A stretch of DNA of 64,000 bases from Hydrolagus affinis (taxonomy: Eukaryota), in assembly GCA_012026655.1 (NCBI GenBank), contig JAAILG010001512.1, forward strand, positions 1-64,000, given 5' to 3'. Made by a program: the position numbers and the translations under genes. The notes under the pieces are model-generated. The model did no database searches, had not been told where the DNA came from, and was given only the letters and a program-made list of their open reading frames with translations. This document shows, piece by piece, positions 23,653-36,703 of this stretch. Numbering within the stretch: position 1 is the stretch's first letter; every line of letters begins with the position of its first letter.

Positions 23653-24239
23653 CTGTGGATAAAAGGCATGACAGAGCGTTAAGGAGAGATTCCATGGTAA
23701 AGGAGGCCAAAGGATTAACGGGCCCACAGCCAGACAGGCAACACAGGCTTTGTTGTTAAACAAAGGCAAAACTATAGCAACACAAACATAAGCATTTTAA
23801 CTAAATAAAATGCTCAAAAGAAATCAAAGAAACAAATATTTTTTTCTCTCTCTTGTCTAATGCAGATTCTCACAGCCAGCACTAAGCATGAAGTCAATCA
23901 GCCAATTCACTATGTGTGCATCAGGATCAGTCGGTCTATGGGTGTGAGTGTGGTCAGTGTGGCAAAAAAGGGAGATTAACCCAACAATTCTGGAGTCAGA
24001 CAAGAATTAAACAGTTATAACTGCATCAGATCAGCAGCCTGTACAGTTTTATAAAACCCCAAACAACTTGGATATTCCAACGCAATTGCAACCAAAGAAT
24101 TTACATCCAACTGTAACAGATCGGTTCTCTCCCTCCCTGTCAGTCTGTCTCAGTCTCTCTGGCTGTCTGTTTCTCTCTCTTTTGCTGTCTGAGACCCAGC
24201 CAGACCTGCAGAGAGACAGACCAAGAGCCAGCCAGCAGT

Positions 24240-24490
24240 GAGGTACTCAGAAAGAGAGAATCTCAGAGAAAGAGAGCGACCAAGAGAGAGAGAGAGAAGA
24301 GAGGACCAACAAGAGAGCAAGACAAAGAGAGATATTGAGAGAAAGAAGAGACCGATAGAGAGAGAGAAATCAACAAGTTGCATTTATATAGCTCCCTTCA
24401 CGCGGGCTAGCGTCCCAGAGAGACAGACACAGAGAGAAAGCCTGACAGAGAGAGAAAGAGTGACGGAGACTGTGATCGAGACAGAGTGTG
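24240..24490. repeat. GA-rich low-complexity tract running into an assembly gap
   Basis: Degenerate (GA)n; Ns at 24491-24721. Confidence 0.85.
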
Positions 24491-24721
24491 NNNNNNNNNN
24501 NNNNNNNNNNNNNNNNNNNNNNNNNNNNNNNNNNNNNNNNNNNNNNNNNNNNNNNNNNNNNNNNNNNNNNNNNNNNNNNNNNNNNNNNNNNNNNNNNNNN
24601 NNNNNNNNNNNNNNNNNNNNNNNNNNNNNNNNNNNNNNNNNNNNNNNNNNNNNNNNNNNNNNNNNNNNNNNNNNNNNNNNNNNNNNNNNNNNNNNNNNNN
24701 NNNNNNNNNNNNNNNNNNNNN
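24491..24721. other. Assembly gap
   Basis: Run of N. Confidence 1.
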
Positions 24722-24877
24722 AGTTCTTAGAGAAGCCTGGATTTCATTCTGTTATTTAAATAATGAATAGTTTTGTTTTCATTTGTTTCTGTTCATATTG
24801 AGCAGAAACCTGGGCCTCAGAGACAGTGGTCACCACCATGGCTAACGAACACAGCTCCACGTTGCTGGCAAACCTAC

Positions 24878-24979
24878 CTTGGAACTGGGAGAGATCCACA
24901 TCCGACCAGTTGAAACTGCTAGCGATGCGGAAACTCTCTTTCAGAGTGTCCAGATTCATACACCAGTCAGAGGGAATGC
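24878..24979 (-). CDS. foxj3: foxj3 coding exon 8 ([35 protein letters not shown])
   Basis: ttgcag| and G|gtaggt; 102 nt, phase 1-1. Confidence 0.95.
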
Positions 24980-26149
24980 CTGCAACAGCCACAAAACCAT
25001 CAACAAGGGTTAGAACAATGTAATACTGGTCATTTATCAGGCACAGGTGAAAGTCAATTAAAACATGCACTACTGATGTACATTAATCTGTTAATAACAT
25101 GGCTCTTTTATGCATTTGCTCTTGTCTGACTCTTGCCTCAAAAGCAGAAGGTTGTGGGTTCAAGACCCACATTGGGGACTTTGAGCTCATTGTCTGAGCT
25201 GACCCTCCAGCGCAAGGCTGGAAAAGCGCTTCATTGTCCTTCAAATGAGAAGGTAAATCCAAGGTCCATCTACTTGCTGAGACCCCATTTCCCAGAGAGC
25301 CCTGGATTTCATTCTGGTATTTAAATAATAGTTACGTTTTCATTTTATTTCTGTTGATAGAGAGAACATTGCTTATTGTGTTTATGAGCAGACACATGGA
25401 CCTTCGTGAGCTGTGGCCACTACGAAAGGAGTCGCAATGTCCTGAAGACAGTCGCCCGGATAAAATCAGTCCCAACTCACGGCTGTTTGTGGGATGTTGC
25501 CGTGTACAGCCACTACATTTGCCAGCAAATCCCGTGAAGTGCTTCGAGATGGTTTGAAGTGCTAAGATGCTATATTAAATGTAAAGATTATTTTATGAGA
25601 GTTGGAACAGCACACTGGCATAGCACCAGCTGCACATCTTTGTACGCGTAGGTAAAAGGATAAATTGACAGCTTGGCTTAGTTGGTAGTGCTTGAACATT
25701 ATGCCATTCCAACGCTTGAAGAAATTCACGTCTAAAAAAGCCCAAAGTCTTCACCACACTGGATATTCTGTAGGATACTATCAGGTCATTTATACCTTGG
25801 ATTGCAGAACTATCTACATTCAATACATCACTTGGCCAATATTGTTTAACCCTGTGCTGTTCAGGACACAATCTGGATACAATCTGAACAAGGAATTTTT
25901 CAAAAGAGGAAACCACAGAGGATATTTTATCAGAAACCACAGAGGATATTACTGAAGGCATTTTGATATTTGGGAAGGACTGGGAACAACATAAAAAAAA
26001 CAATAATCCTTGCATTTGATAGAGCACCTTATCATATCTTCAAGGCGTCTCAAAGTACTTCACAGAATATACTGTAGTGAACTGACAGTATTTAAGAGAG
26101 GTTCTCAAAAATGCAGAGATGAGAATACAAGGAAAGGAAAACCGAGATT

Positions 26150-26730
26150 ACAGCGGACAAGACTACAAAAATATGCTTTCACCGTTTGCCTGGTAATGAC
26201 CTCTTTCCTAAACAATCACCTCCGCTCCCTCAAGTCACAGGTGCAGGCCGCCGAATGCTGGCTCAAATCCAACCTAACAGTCCATCAGCATCTCTGGCTG
26301 GACCACATCAATATCAACGCTCCATCATCGTCTCCGCTAAATTGACCTTCTATTCCAAAATAATCTTGGAGGCCAAGGATAACCCGTGACTTTCTCTCTA
26401 CCACAAAACACCTTCTCCGGCCCCCTCTCGCGCCTCTCCCTTCCTCTCCTCCAACTCCAACTGCGAGGAGAAGCTGAACTTCCTCGAGTCTAAAACTGAG
26501 GGGATCCGCTAGGCTACCTCTGCCCTTCCTATCGCTAACCCAAGCCCCACCTCCCCCTCACACTCCAGCCCCTACCCATCCCTACCTCCACACCTTGGAC
26601 GCTCTCTTCTCCTCTTGGCTCACCTCCACCATGTCCAAAATGAAGCCCACCAGCTGATCCCTTGACTCCATCCCTATCCCTCTCCTTGCCTCCCAGCTGC
26701 ACCTCCTTGCCCCTCTATTCACAGACAGCA
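26150..26730 (+). mobile_element. Degenerate L2 ORF2 internal fragment
   Basis: HLRSLKSQ..AECWLKSNLTVHQHLWLDHI-like peptide in C-rich decayed sequence. Confidence 0.6.
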
Positions 26731-27637
26731 TCTGGAATCCCATGGCTTAGTGGTTAGCGTACTTACATTGTAAGCAAGAGGATCCAGGTACAATTGCCAG
26801 TAGGAAGCCGGTTGTTAGTTGATTGGTGGATCAGGTTGTGGGAATAAACAGTAACTGCTGTTTTGCAATAGTAAATTCCCACAAATAGTCACGAGGTGAG
26901 TGACAATAACAATATATATATATATATTTACACATTTAATATGGTTAATTAATTTAGATGGTTGCGGCCACAAAACTTGGCAAACTTCCCTCTCTTTTGC
27001 AATAGCACCACAGGATCCCAAACATTTATCCCAAGAGTTAGAGCAAGCATCAATTTTAACCTCTCATTTGAAGGATAAGATTTCCAACAACGTAATGCAT
27101 CCGTTTACTCTACGGGGGAGTGGGGGAGAGAGGAAGGTGGGGGGAGGATAGCTGATAGTGACTTCAAGTTAGGTCCTGTAAGGCTTGAATCCGCTAGCTT
27201 CTCAGAGGTATTATAATAATTCTTGCATTGATAAAGTGCCTTATCACGTCTTTGAGACCCCTCAAAGCAGTGTCCCACAAACAGTCGTGGATTGAGTGAC
27301 CAAATTAGTATTATTTATTTATTTTATAAAAAGGGATTATTACCCCGACAATCTGAATCCTATAGCTCAGTGGTTAGCTCACCTTGCAAACAAGAGACCT
27401 GGGTTTGATTCCCAGCAGAGTGAAGCCATGGGCAAGTTTCCTTACTATACATATTTACTATAGAGAATCCCTCAAGAAAAAACCCAATAATAAATTGGCC
27501 AATTCAAATGATTATTGAATTTTTATTATTATTATTATTATTCGATGCGAGTGCTCTAACCACTTAGCTACAGAGGTGAAGGTCGCACCGACTCAGTAGG
27601 CTATAAAGCCTTGGTGTAGAGAGTGAATGTTACTCAC

Positions 27638-27946
27638 CAATATTACAGGCCATGTGCTGCTGTTGATGTTGATGGTGATGCTGATGATGTTGTTGATGCT
27701 GCTGGTTTGGCTGGTGTTGTGGGTGTTGGTGTTGATGGTGCTGGTGATGGGCATGCTGGATGTGGAGCTGATGGGGCACCAGTTGCACTTGTGTCCCTCC
27801 TCCCCCTCCCAAGCTGCTGGCATGGCTATTGGTCAGATTATTTTGGCCGCTGTGTGGGTGGGTGCTGACAGTGCTGCTGGGCGAGTGCTGGTAGGAACAG
27901 GACGTGTGGGTTGGCTGCGATGCTTCAGAAGACAGGTTAATCATTC
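27638..27946 (-). CDS. foxj3: foxj3 coding exon 7 (Ser-rich then His/Gln-rich)
   Basis: cttttcag|GA ATG, G|gtgagt; 309 nt, phase 1-1; [20 protein letters not shown] conserved with FOXJ3. Confidence 0.94.
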
Positions 27947-28364
27947 CTGAAAAGAACGAAATACAAATACTGTCACACAAAAAATTAGTTCATATATCAA
28001 ACGAACATTCAAATGGGTGTCTGTATTGGTTACTCTAATTATAGAGATTCCTTCGAGATCTGTCTCAAGATCAACTGTGCCATCGATCACAATCCTACCC
28101 CTACCCTCCCAATCTCCACCCCTCCTAATCCCAACCATCAACTCCAGTGCTGATCCCTTAAGGTCCAGTGCCTTGGGACATCCTACTGATATGAAAGGCA
28201 CTATACAAGTGTAATTTGTTGTTGTTGGTTAGTAAGCTTAGACTGACACAAAGCTCTTCCTCACTCTGTCCTTCCTACCTTAAAGCTGAATTTAAAACAG
28301 GTTATATTAACGCCCTCCTCTTCAACTACTGTGTGCTTTCTGGGGAAGAATGAAAAATGCCTAA

Positions 28365-28690
28365 AATAATAATAAACCTTGCATTTGATATAGTGCCTTA
28401 TCATGTCTTCTAGACATATCAGAATATACAGTAAAGTGAAGTGACTGTATAGTTGTGGGCGTAAGCCAATTGCATACAATACTGTCCCACAAACAGTCAT
28501 GAATTATTTTTGGAGGGATTATTATCAGGCATGTGGAATAAGGAAATCTGCTCAAGGTTTCGCCCTGCTGGAATGTCCCCCTGACGTGAAAGGCGCTCGG
28601 CAAATATAATTTTGTTGTTGTTGCCTGGAATTGAACCCATGTCTCTCGCTTATAAGGCAAGTGCTCTAATCACTGAGCTACACGACTCCA
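28365..28690 (-). mobile_element. SINE copy interrupted by an L2-type tail fragment (about 28573-28623)
   Basis: Tail, core and head present; insert gacgtgaaaggcgct...(gtt)n. Confidence 0.8.
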
Positions 28691-28925
28691 CAAATACAAA
28701 GTAATACAGCAATTTTCTTGGTTCTGTATTTAAGACAGATAGTAAATGCATCTAATCATCAATCCCTGAAAATGCAAGGCCAGCCAAGGAGTTACTGACC
28801 AGATTGCACGGGTCTTTAGATTTGCCTGTTAACATTTCATGTTTATTTAAAAACATATACTGGACCCACTCGCGTTTTTAGAAAAACAACACTTGGAAAA
28901 CACCCAGACTGTCTATTTCACTCAC

Positions 28926-29068
28926 CCTGCTGACTGAGAGACTGCTCAAAGACCGATTTGTAAAGGCTACGGAAGGAGGCACTCAGATCTTCAAAGTTAT
29001 ACTCTGAGAAGGGAGGTTTATTGTCCCTCTCAGGCATGTTGTACTGCTGTTGCTGCTGCTGCTGCTGT

Positions 29069-29101
<33 letters not shown>

Positions 29102-29142
29102 GGTGTTAGAGTCTGGGAGACCGAATCAGCCCGGTTCGTTAC
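28926..29142 (-). CDS. foxj3: foxj3 coding exon 6 ([15 protein letters not shown]19[40 protein letters not shown])
   Basis: (tta)n-tag| acceptor, G|gtgagt donor; 217 nt, phase 0 to 1; FoxJ2/J3 motif [17 protein letters not shown]. Confidence 0.93.
29044..29100 (-). repeat. Coding (CAG/CAA)19 polyglutamine repeat
   Basis: 57 nt: 16 CAG and 3 CAA codons. Confidence 0.95.
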
Positions 29143-29144
29143 CT

Positions 29145-29271
29145 ATAATAATAATAATAATAATATAATCCTTGCATTTGATATAGTGCCTTATCGTATC
29201 TTCCAGATGTCTGGAAGAGCTTCATAGGATGCACTGTAAAGTGTAGTGACTGTGTATTTTGTGGGCGAAAC
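29145..29271 (-). mobile_element. 3' SINE fragment directly abutting the foxj3 exon 6 acceptor
   Basis: (ata)n-atccttgcatttgatatagtgcc...gtgggcgaaa on + matches the SINE tail seen at 47148 and 52556. Confidence 0.88.
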
Positions 29272-30280
29272 AAACACACTCTCTCGCTACAGATTAGGAA
29301 GCAACATCATTCTAAAAATCACCAATTCGTACAAAAAAACACACAACCGCATACAGAGTAGAGCTAACTAGGAAATTCTACACAGATGTCAGAGGCCCGA
29401 AATTCATGATGATTTTAGACTGAAGACCGTGGTCTTAAAATTAAAAATTGGGCAAAAGTTTATAAATTTTTCATGAATTCAATTCCAACAAAGGGACATT
29501 TCCATGTGTCAAGAGCATATATATTTGTATCTCTCAGTCTGAACCAGACACCATTAAGCACAATGATGGATTTCCTCAAGCGTCAGACACAATGGGTGAC
29601 AAGAATAAGTCTTAATTTGGAGCACGATTTATTTTAGCAATGGTGGGAAATTGGACTCAATAGTATATTCTAAAATAGTGCACAAGCTTAAAATTTAATA
29701 CAGTGGCCAAAGCTATGACTCTCCTTATCCTCAGTTTGGAGTTCAGTCAGTTCAGTCAGTTCAGTCAGCATTGTGAAACACTTAGACATCCTCCTGACAT
29801 TAAAGGTGCTGTTTCAATGTAAAATTGTGGTTCTATCTATTCAAACAAAATTACATTTCTGTAGCTCCTTTCACTTCAGGTCGACATCCCAAGGAGCTGG
29901 CTTTGGTAATACAAGCATTACAAATAGTTAATGTCTCCACAAAAAAACATTGTTTAATTTATAGTACATGGGCCAACTAAAAGATCTTGATTCGAGCCAC
30001 AGATAATATGTACTTCTCCAGATAATGGTGTAAAAATAATTTTTAAAGTTAAAAAGTAAAATGTCCAAATCTCTCGCTAAATAAAGGCCAAAGAAGACTG
30101 GCTATCCCATCACACCTCCCTCCTAAATTTAAAAAAGAGGTACATCAGAAATGTAGCCTAGCAGAAAGCAAGGGGATGTAGATAGCAATGCTGAGTTAAC
30201 CATCTCCAGCTATGAGTACACAGCAGAGATAAGCCTGCAAACCGCTTCCACAAGACATTTTTGCTGGATTGTGAACTGAC

Positions 30281-30409
30281 CTGTGCGTAGTTGTGGACAG
30301 AACCAACACTGTTCAGGGCGACGGAGGCGAGGCTCGTGTCAGACAGGCTGTTGTTAAGGCTGCTGCGAGGACTATCACTGCCGTCCTGATCCGTGTTGTA
30401 TAGTGTTAC
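30281..30409 (-). CDS. foxj3: foxj3 coding exon 5 ([43 protein letters not shown])
   Basis: ggcag| and |gtcagt; 129 nt; near-identical to recalled human FOXJ3. Confidence 0.95.
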
Positions 30410-31085
30410 CTGCCAACCCAACACGAGATCGTCAATTTGAGAACTTCATAAGCTCTTAGTATGAAAACATCCTCTATCTGACAAGTCTTATGGCTCTTTA
30501 GGAAAACCATGTCCTCGCATATGTCCCTAACCCTAAGTAGAACTTTTAGTCTAACCCAGAGGCACTGACATTCTCATAAACTCAAATTTTTTCTCATAAA
30601 AATGAAAGCAATGTTGTTTCACCAAGAGACTAGGGTTTTGCTAGAGATGAGAAGATTAAGGGGAGTCTTAAAGGGATGAAGATTACAGGTGGTCATGATA
30701 ACAACAACAACTTGCATTTATATAGCGACCCTCACACGGGGTAGCATCCCAGAGGGCTTACTATGATGGGTAAATAGTAAGTTTATTTCCACTTGGCTGG
30801 CAACTCAGAAACAAAGGCATACATTTAAGATATACAAATGGTTGGAAAATATTTCCTTTTACAGAGAATGTTCAGTCCTAAAGCTTTTGTTAATTGTTGT
30901 AATTGCATTTTCCACCCAGTTTTTTTAAGATCTTCAAAAATTGTGAAATTATTAATGATATTAGCTCCTGCTATTCCTATTATAAAATGTATTTTTATAA
31001 ACCCACTGGGAGAATTTCCCTTTTCTACACTAAACATTCAACTAGAGACAAGAAGCAAACAAGAGATCAGATTAAAGCATATTAC

Positions 31086-31181
31086 TTTGTTAGTCACAGT
31101 GTTGATTGCTGGAGAGGCACTTCCAGAGATGATGGAGTCCATTCCTAAAGGTTCAGAATCCAGACTGTATGGTGTTGAGGC
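31086..31181 (-). CDS. foxj3: foxj3 coding exon 4 ([32 protein letters not shown])
   Basis: ttctag| and |gtaat; 96 nt, phase 0-0; matches recalled human ASTPYSIDSDSLGM...AINTVTNK. Confidence 0.93.
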
Positions 31182-31469
31182 CTAGAATATGGAAGCAGAG
31201 AAGCAAAGAGACACATTAATGTCTGCTCCAACAAATACAGAGCAATAGACAACCAACCATTGTGTTAAATTCTATTATAAGCTAAAGATCAATGTATGTT
31301 CAATGCCATGCAAGATGTGACAAATCTATTAAAATTAAACGTTTGGATTTTGAAACTCTAGAATGAGAATTATTGCTGTCATTGACATTCAAATCTTGTT
31401 GCTGTGTAATATGAAGACATGAACGGCACTATATTAAATTTAAGGATTATTATTTTAGTAACAGTTATT

Positions 31470-31722
31470 ATTAGGGACTATTTTCCTTAGACAAAGAATG
31501 TTGAGGAGAGATTTAATAGAAGTGTTCAAAATTATGAGGGGTTTTGATAGAGTAGATAAGAGATAAATTGTTTCCTCTGCAGGGGGTTCAGTAACCAGTA
31601 CACACAAATTTAAGATGATTGTCAATAAAACAAAAGGGGAGATGAGGAGACTTTTTTTTTAACCCAGAGATTTGTTACCACCTGGAATGCATTGCCTGAA
31701 AGGATGTTGGAGGCAGATGTCT
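31470..31722 (+). mobile_element. Old CR1 3' fragment
   Basis: ttgaggagagatttaatagaagtgttcaaaattatgaggggttttgatagagtaga...tggaatgcattgcctga. Confidence 0.75.
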
Positions 31723-32316
31723 GACACCTGCGGAAACCCAACACCATGCTTAAAAGTATCCAAACCAAGCTGAGAATTCCATGCAACCCTGCACAATGAA
31801 ATTTTTGGGATAGATTGTTGGAATGGATTGCACGCGTTCTCCCTGCTTATCTAACTCAGGGAAGTATTCGGTGTAGGTTGGCAAGAGCCAAGGCTTGGGG
31901 ACCCTAGAATGTGTGTTGTTGTACTACTGGAATCTAACCAAATAAAACTGCATAGGTTGCCATTGATATCAACAACAAGTGAGGAACAAGCTCAGTAATG
32001 CTAGAGAAGATTGTAAAGGGTGTGGAGGAGCAGGAGCAAAATGGGATTTGAAGAGTTGAAGCGATGCGAGCTGGTGGAGCCTGGAAATGATGGGGAGACG
32101 GAGTCTGCATAACCTGGGTTCAGAGTGAATTCAGGCTATAAAGATTTATATGAATCGAAGCTGAAAAGCTGGAAAGAAGACTGAGGAACCGCGTGGAGAA
32201 ATCTTGCCTTGAGGTGACAAATGCATGAAACTCATTCAAAACATCAAACCATCATCTCTACCCCATCCCAACGTTTCCATTTCGATCCACAATTTTAGCA
32301 TCTTTCACAGACCTAC

Positions 32317-32400
32317 CCTTTCTCCGGACCGTGGCCTCTTCTTTGGCCGAGTGGGTAGTGTATCCTCCTTTGGGTTTGTGTCAATGGCCCAGTATGAACC
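32317..32400 (-). CDS. foxj3: foxj3 coding exon 3 ([28 protein letters not shown])
   Basis: tttttcag| and |gtaggt; end of forkhead domain plus basic NLS-like KKRPR. Confidence 0.96.
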
Positions 32401-35400
32401 CTGAAAAACAGCAGCACAAAGTAGGAACAAACCAAAATATATAACTTAGAACAAGCAAACGTTGCGCAATAAAGCTCTTGTTAAGTGCATCCTATCTGTA
32501 TTGCTATAAAAGAGATCATTGTTCTCATTGTAACACAACCTGATGCTTGGACGTGTACTGAGGAAACGTTTTTCAACACATGTGATGTTCTATTTACAGC
32601 TGAAGTAAAAAACACAATTATTTTGGACAATTTTCTCCCTGCCTCAAAAAAGCAATTGTGGATAAAATGGGCATTTTTTAAATAACTTTCTCCAGGCCTT
32701 TCCGTGGGTCCACTGGTGGTGGAGAAGCAGTCATCAAAAATAAACCTCCAATGCATCTTGCACATGTGAAAAAGTCAAAAAGGAACAGTTTGTGGTATAT
32801 AAACTGAGCACATTATGGCATTAATGAGGAAAGTGCCCCCCATTCCCCCCTCCACTCAATAAAATTGGTCATCAATTTGATGGAATTAAACTTTTATTAA
32901 ATTCCAAACTGCTCCAATAATTAGTTATAAACTTGTACAGATTTTTCTGCTTTCCACCCAGCCATCAAAATATGGTTCTTACTTATAGCCATAAAAAAAT
33001 TCTTTTGCATTAGAAAATATTCTCTTGACATTAAAGTTACTGAATAAACAGGCATGTCATAACCACTCTGGAGTAGCACAACCACTCTGATAGCTAATGA
33101 TTAAACATCTAAACCATCTTTAAGTACAAATAGGTCCATCAGTAAGATAAGAAACAAGACAAACAATGTCTGCCAGTCGTCTCTGAAGATCAGGCAGGCT
33201 CCAAGCACACTGCTAATCTGCCCCAAATTAATGTCTGTAGCACTGAATTATTACTTTGCTTTTAAGCACATTTTTAAAACAAAATCATAGCATCTCCTAT
33301 TTCTCGGATCTGACAACTCTGTCAACAATGTAAGAACCTCCCTTGGAACAAAAACATACAAAGAAAGAGGAAAGAATGTGCACCTCTACGACCTTCTGAC
33401 CCGGCCATTTCCTTTGCTCAGCAAACTGGCTTGCTTCATGTCCCCACCACCCCATCGGCCTTGCCTCTCCCCAGAATTCCTTTTTGGAATTGCGCTCAAA
33501 ATAAATTTAAACTACAGCAAGGAAAGCAACAACACACACAAAAGGGTGTGGACCTCCAGCGAGACATGTCAGACCTGTTAGAGGACAACTCAGGCAGGTT
33601 TGCCTGTTAGCACTGGCAGCATGAAGCCCATATAAAGAGCACCAGCCCTCCCTCCCAATTTCCAGCACCACCTTACAGCGGGCTAACACAATTGAGCATC
33701 TTGCTCATTCTTTCCAAGTGTTGAGCAATCAAAAAACCTTTGACTTAAAAATCCTAAATTTGGGTCAAGGGCAAGTCACAACTTGTCAACAATTTTGCCC
33801 AAAGTCGTGCAGGTGAATGAACGACACAAACTAATAGGCTCTCAAAATGAACTCTCCAGTTAATATTGAAACAAACTCCAATCCAATTGATTTATATCTA
33901 AATGAAGTACGTTTCCATGGCTGAGTTTAAGAGGTATTCATTTCCACAAAAAGCTTCTTTCACATTGAGCTCAACCCTTTAAAACTATTACGTGCTTTAC
34001 AATGTGAGCTACCAAAGGGGGCAAACTAAATGGTAAAGTCTGTCTTCCAGACTCCAAGTCTCTACCGTCCTGGATTTGACACATAGACGATCAGACTCCT
34101 TTGCCAAATATCATTTAAAACAAGCAATCAGGCAATGTTCTGCTCAATGTTACTGTATAAATATTGTGATGTATAAGGTAAGAGCTTTGCACAAACTACC
34201 ATGAGAATGGTAACGAAAGTGGAGTTAGGAAAAATGGTGGGAGCAAAGCCACTGGTCGGGCACATCTCCCAGCCTCTAAACACCATTAGTACGTCTACAC
34301 CGATTTACATACAGCAATTTACAGATTGTACCGCACGGATATAGTAAAAAATATCTAACAGCATTTCACATGGGACACCATTTCACTAATTCTAAAAAAA
34401 CATTGAGACATTTATGTATGTGCAGAACATGAGTAACCAAGAGATGTGTAAATGGATGCATGGAATGTAATACATTACTAATTTACATTTATGCCGCACT
34501 TCCTGATGCGTACTGATGGTTGCTGTAGTGCCATCAGTATTCTTAATGTACTGCTAAAGAATGCCTGTGAGAGCATTGCTGTACCACACGTAGAAGATGC
34601 ACATTTAAAATTTACAGCGCCTCCCCAAACACCTTAATGTCAATAAACAAGGTAGCAATATTGTCTCTGGTGCTATGTGCACTGTTAAGAGACAGTTCCT
34701 GTGTGCCATCACAGACAGCAAAACCCTAGGGCAATCCAATGTTGGAAGTGGTCCCATTTTCCAGCAAGTTCTGTCCGTTCAACCATTATGGGTCACCAAA
34801 GCACTTGCCAGACCGAACATACTTTCCTAACAACTGAGGAAGGGGTGGCAATCAATCTCATGGTCAACAGTTGTGACTGCGAGCTTGCAAATGTATAGAT
34901 GTCTTGAATGTTGTTCCCGATGCTTTGAATTGACTCCACAGTATGAAGTGGGCGGTTTCTGCAGAACCCGGGAACTGAGCCAGCTTTGTACAAATATTTC
35001 CAGAAACCAGCTCTGCAATATAAACGTACCAATTGGGTACGTTGAAATTGATTTGAATTTTCAGAGTGAATTCAGATTGAGGTGTATATATATATATCTA
35101 TATCTATAATGAGGAGGAAACCTTGCGTTTCTCTGACATAGGAGGGGAAGTGGTGCTGAACATCCATACTATCAGACAGCAACGATCAAACCAGAGAGAA
35201 CACAAAGAAATATTGCTGCAAATTGTTTTAAAAATAAGATGAATGGTCGCCCACCAACATATTATTGTACTGGGGAGAATCTAAGAAATACAGCATTTTG
35301 TAACACTGCTATTTCTTAATTAACAGTTTCTGATAATTAATATCCATTAAATGACAAACAATTTAGAGATTTAATAGACTATGGGGTTAAAACATCCTTT

Positions 35401-35508
35401 ATGACAGTTTGAGACTGAATTGAGTTTGGACCATGAAGGCCTCAGGATCATTTAGAAAGACAGATTTATAGAAACTGAAACCCTGCGATCATAATAATAA
35501 TATTAGTA

Positions 35509-35841
35509 GAGTAAAAACTTGATAATCCGGCCTGGTTGGGCCCACTCGCTTCCCGGATTTCGGTGTTTGCCTGTGTTTAGAACCTATCTTAGAAATGCCT
35601 GTGGAAGCCCTGCCTCATACACCACGTGAGCTGTAAACACAGCATTGAAGCCAAACAATGGCCGAGCTCCACCCACAGCACCGGGTGACAGAGCAGCCAC
35701 GCCGGGAACTACAAGCAGCTGTTCCCAACTTCAGGAGATTTGCAAACATCAGAAAAAATCTAATACCTTACGTATTTTGAAATCTTGACATTTTTAGGGA
35801 GTTGCAGGATTTCGGGATGTTGGATTATCGAGGTTTTACTG
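35509..35841. mobile_element. Tc1/mariner (Tigger/pogo-like) MITE inside a SINE (TAA)n tail
   Basis: Imperfect TIRs gagtaaaaacttgataatcc / ggattatcgaggttttactg with flanking TA. Confidence 0.75.
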
Positions 35842-36024
35842 TAGTAATAATCCTTACATTGATAATAGCACCTTATGAGACATCTCAAAGCGCTTCACAT
35901 AAAGGAATTACTACTGTCAAATGTAGTGACTGTACATTTTTGGAGCGCTGTAACCATTGTCATTAAGTCGGGAAAGCAGGGGTGTCAACCCTAAGAGTAT
36001 GTTTTAACCACATCTGTCCAGTCA

Positions 36025-36183
<159 letters not shown>

Positions 36184-36703
36184 TCATCACAAATAAACTG
36201 CAAATAGTCTACTCGGTGTCATTCTTTGCCATGACTGGTTTGGCTGGCATTTGGGCACATCATCATCACCATCTTTCATAGCACCTTTCTTTTAGGCATT
36301 GTGGAGGCTAAAAATACCACCTTTTCTCCATTACAAATCACCTCCTCGGCCCACACCCCCTCTCATGCATTCTCAATCCTTATATCCAATGCAAAGTATA
36401 CAGAAGTCCTGAACTTCCCTGCTCTCTCTATCCCCATTCCTTCCACCACAGCTTCTATCACTGCCCCCAACTTTGCTTCCAATTCTCCTTCCTCCCTCTC
36501 AGCCTTCATGCAGTCCACCACCTGGTCCCTCGTTTCCCTGCCCTTCTCCCCCACCCTGCTGCTGGTCACTTACTTCTTCCTCCTCCTCTGTCCTCTGCCC
36601 TCAGGCTCAATCAAGCAGTCTCTCTTCTCTGTCCCACTCCCTCTCAAAACTGCTATCATCAGTGAGACCCCACTCGGCTGGTTTGACCATGAACCAACCA
36701 AAA

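Noticed and set aside
24238-24770. ORFs spanning the N gap
   Set aside because: Artefacts of GA repeats and Ns.
27623-27950. Hydrophobic plus-strand ORFs resembling membrane proteins
   Set aside because: Antisense shadow of the His/Gln-rich foxj3 exon 7.
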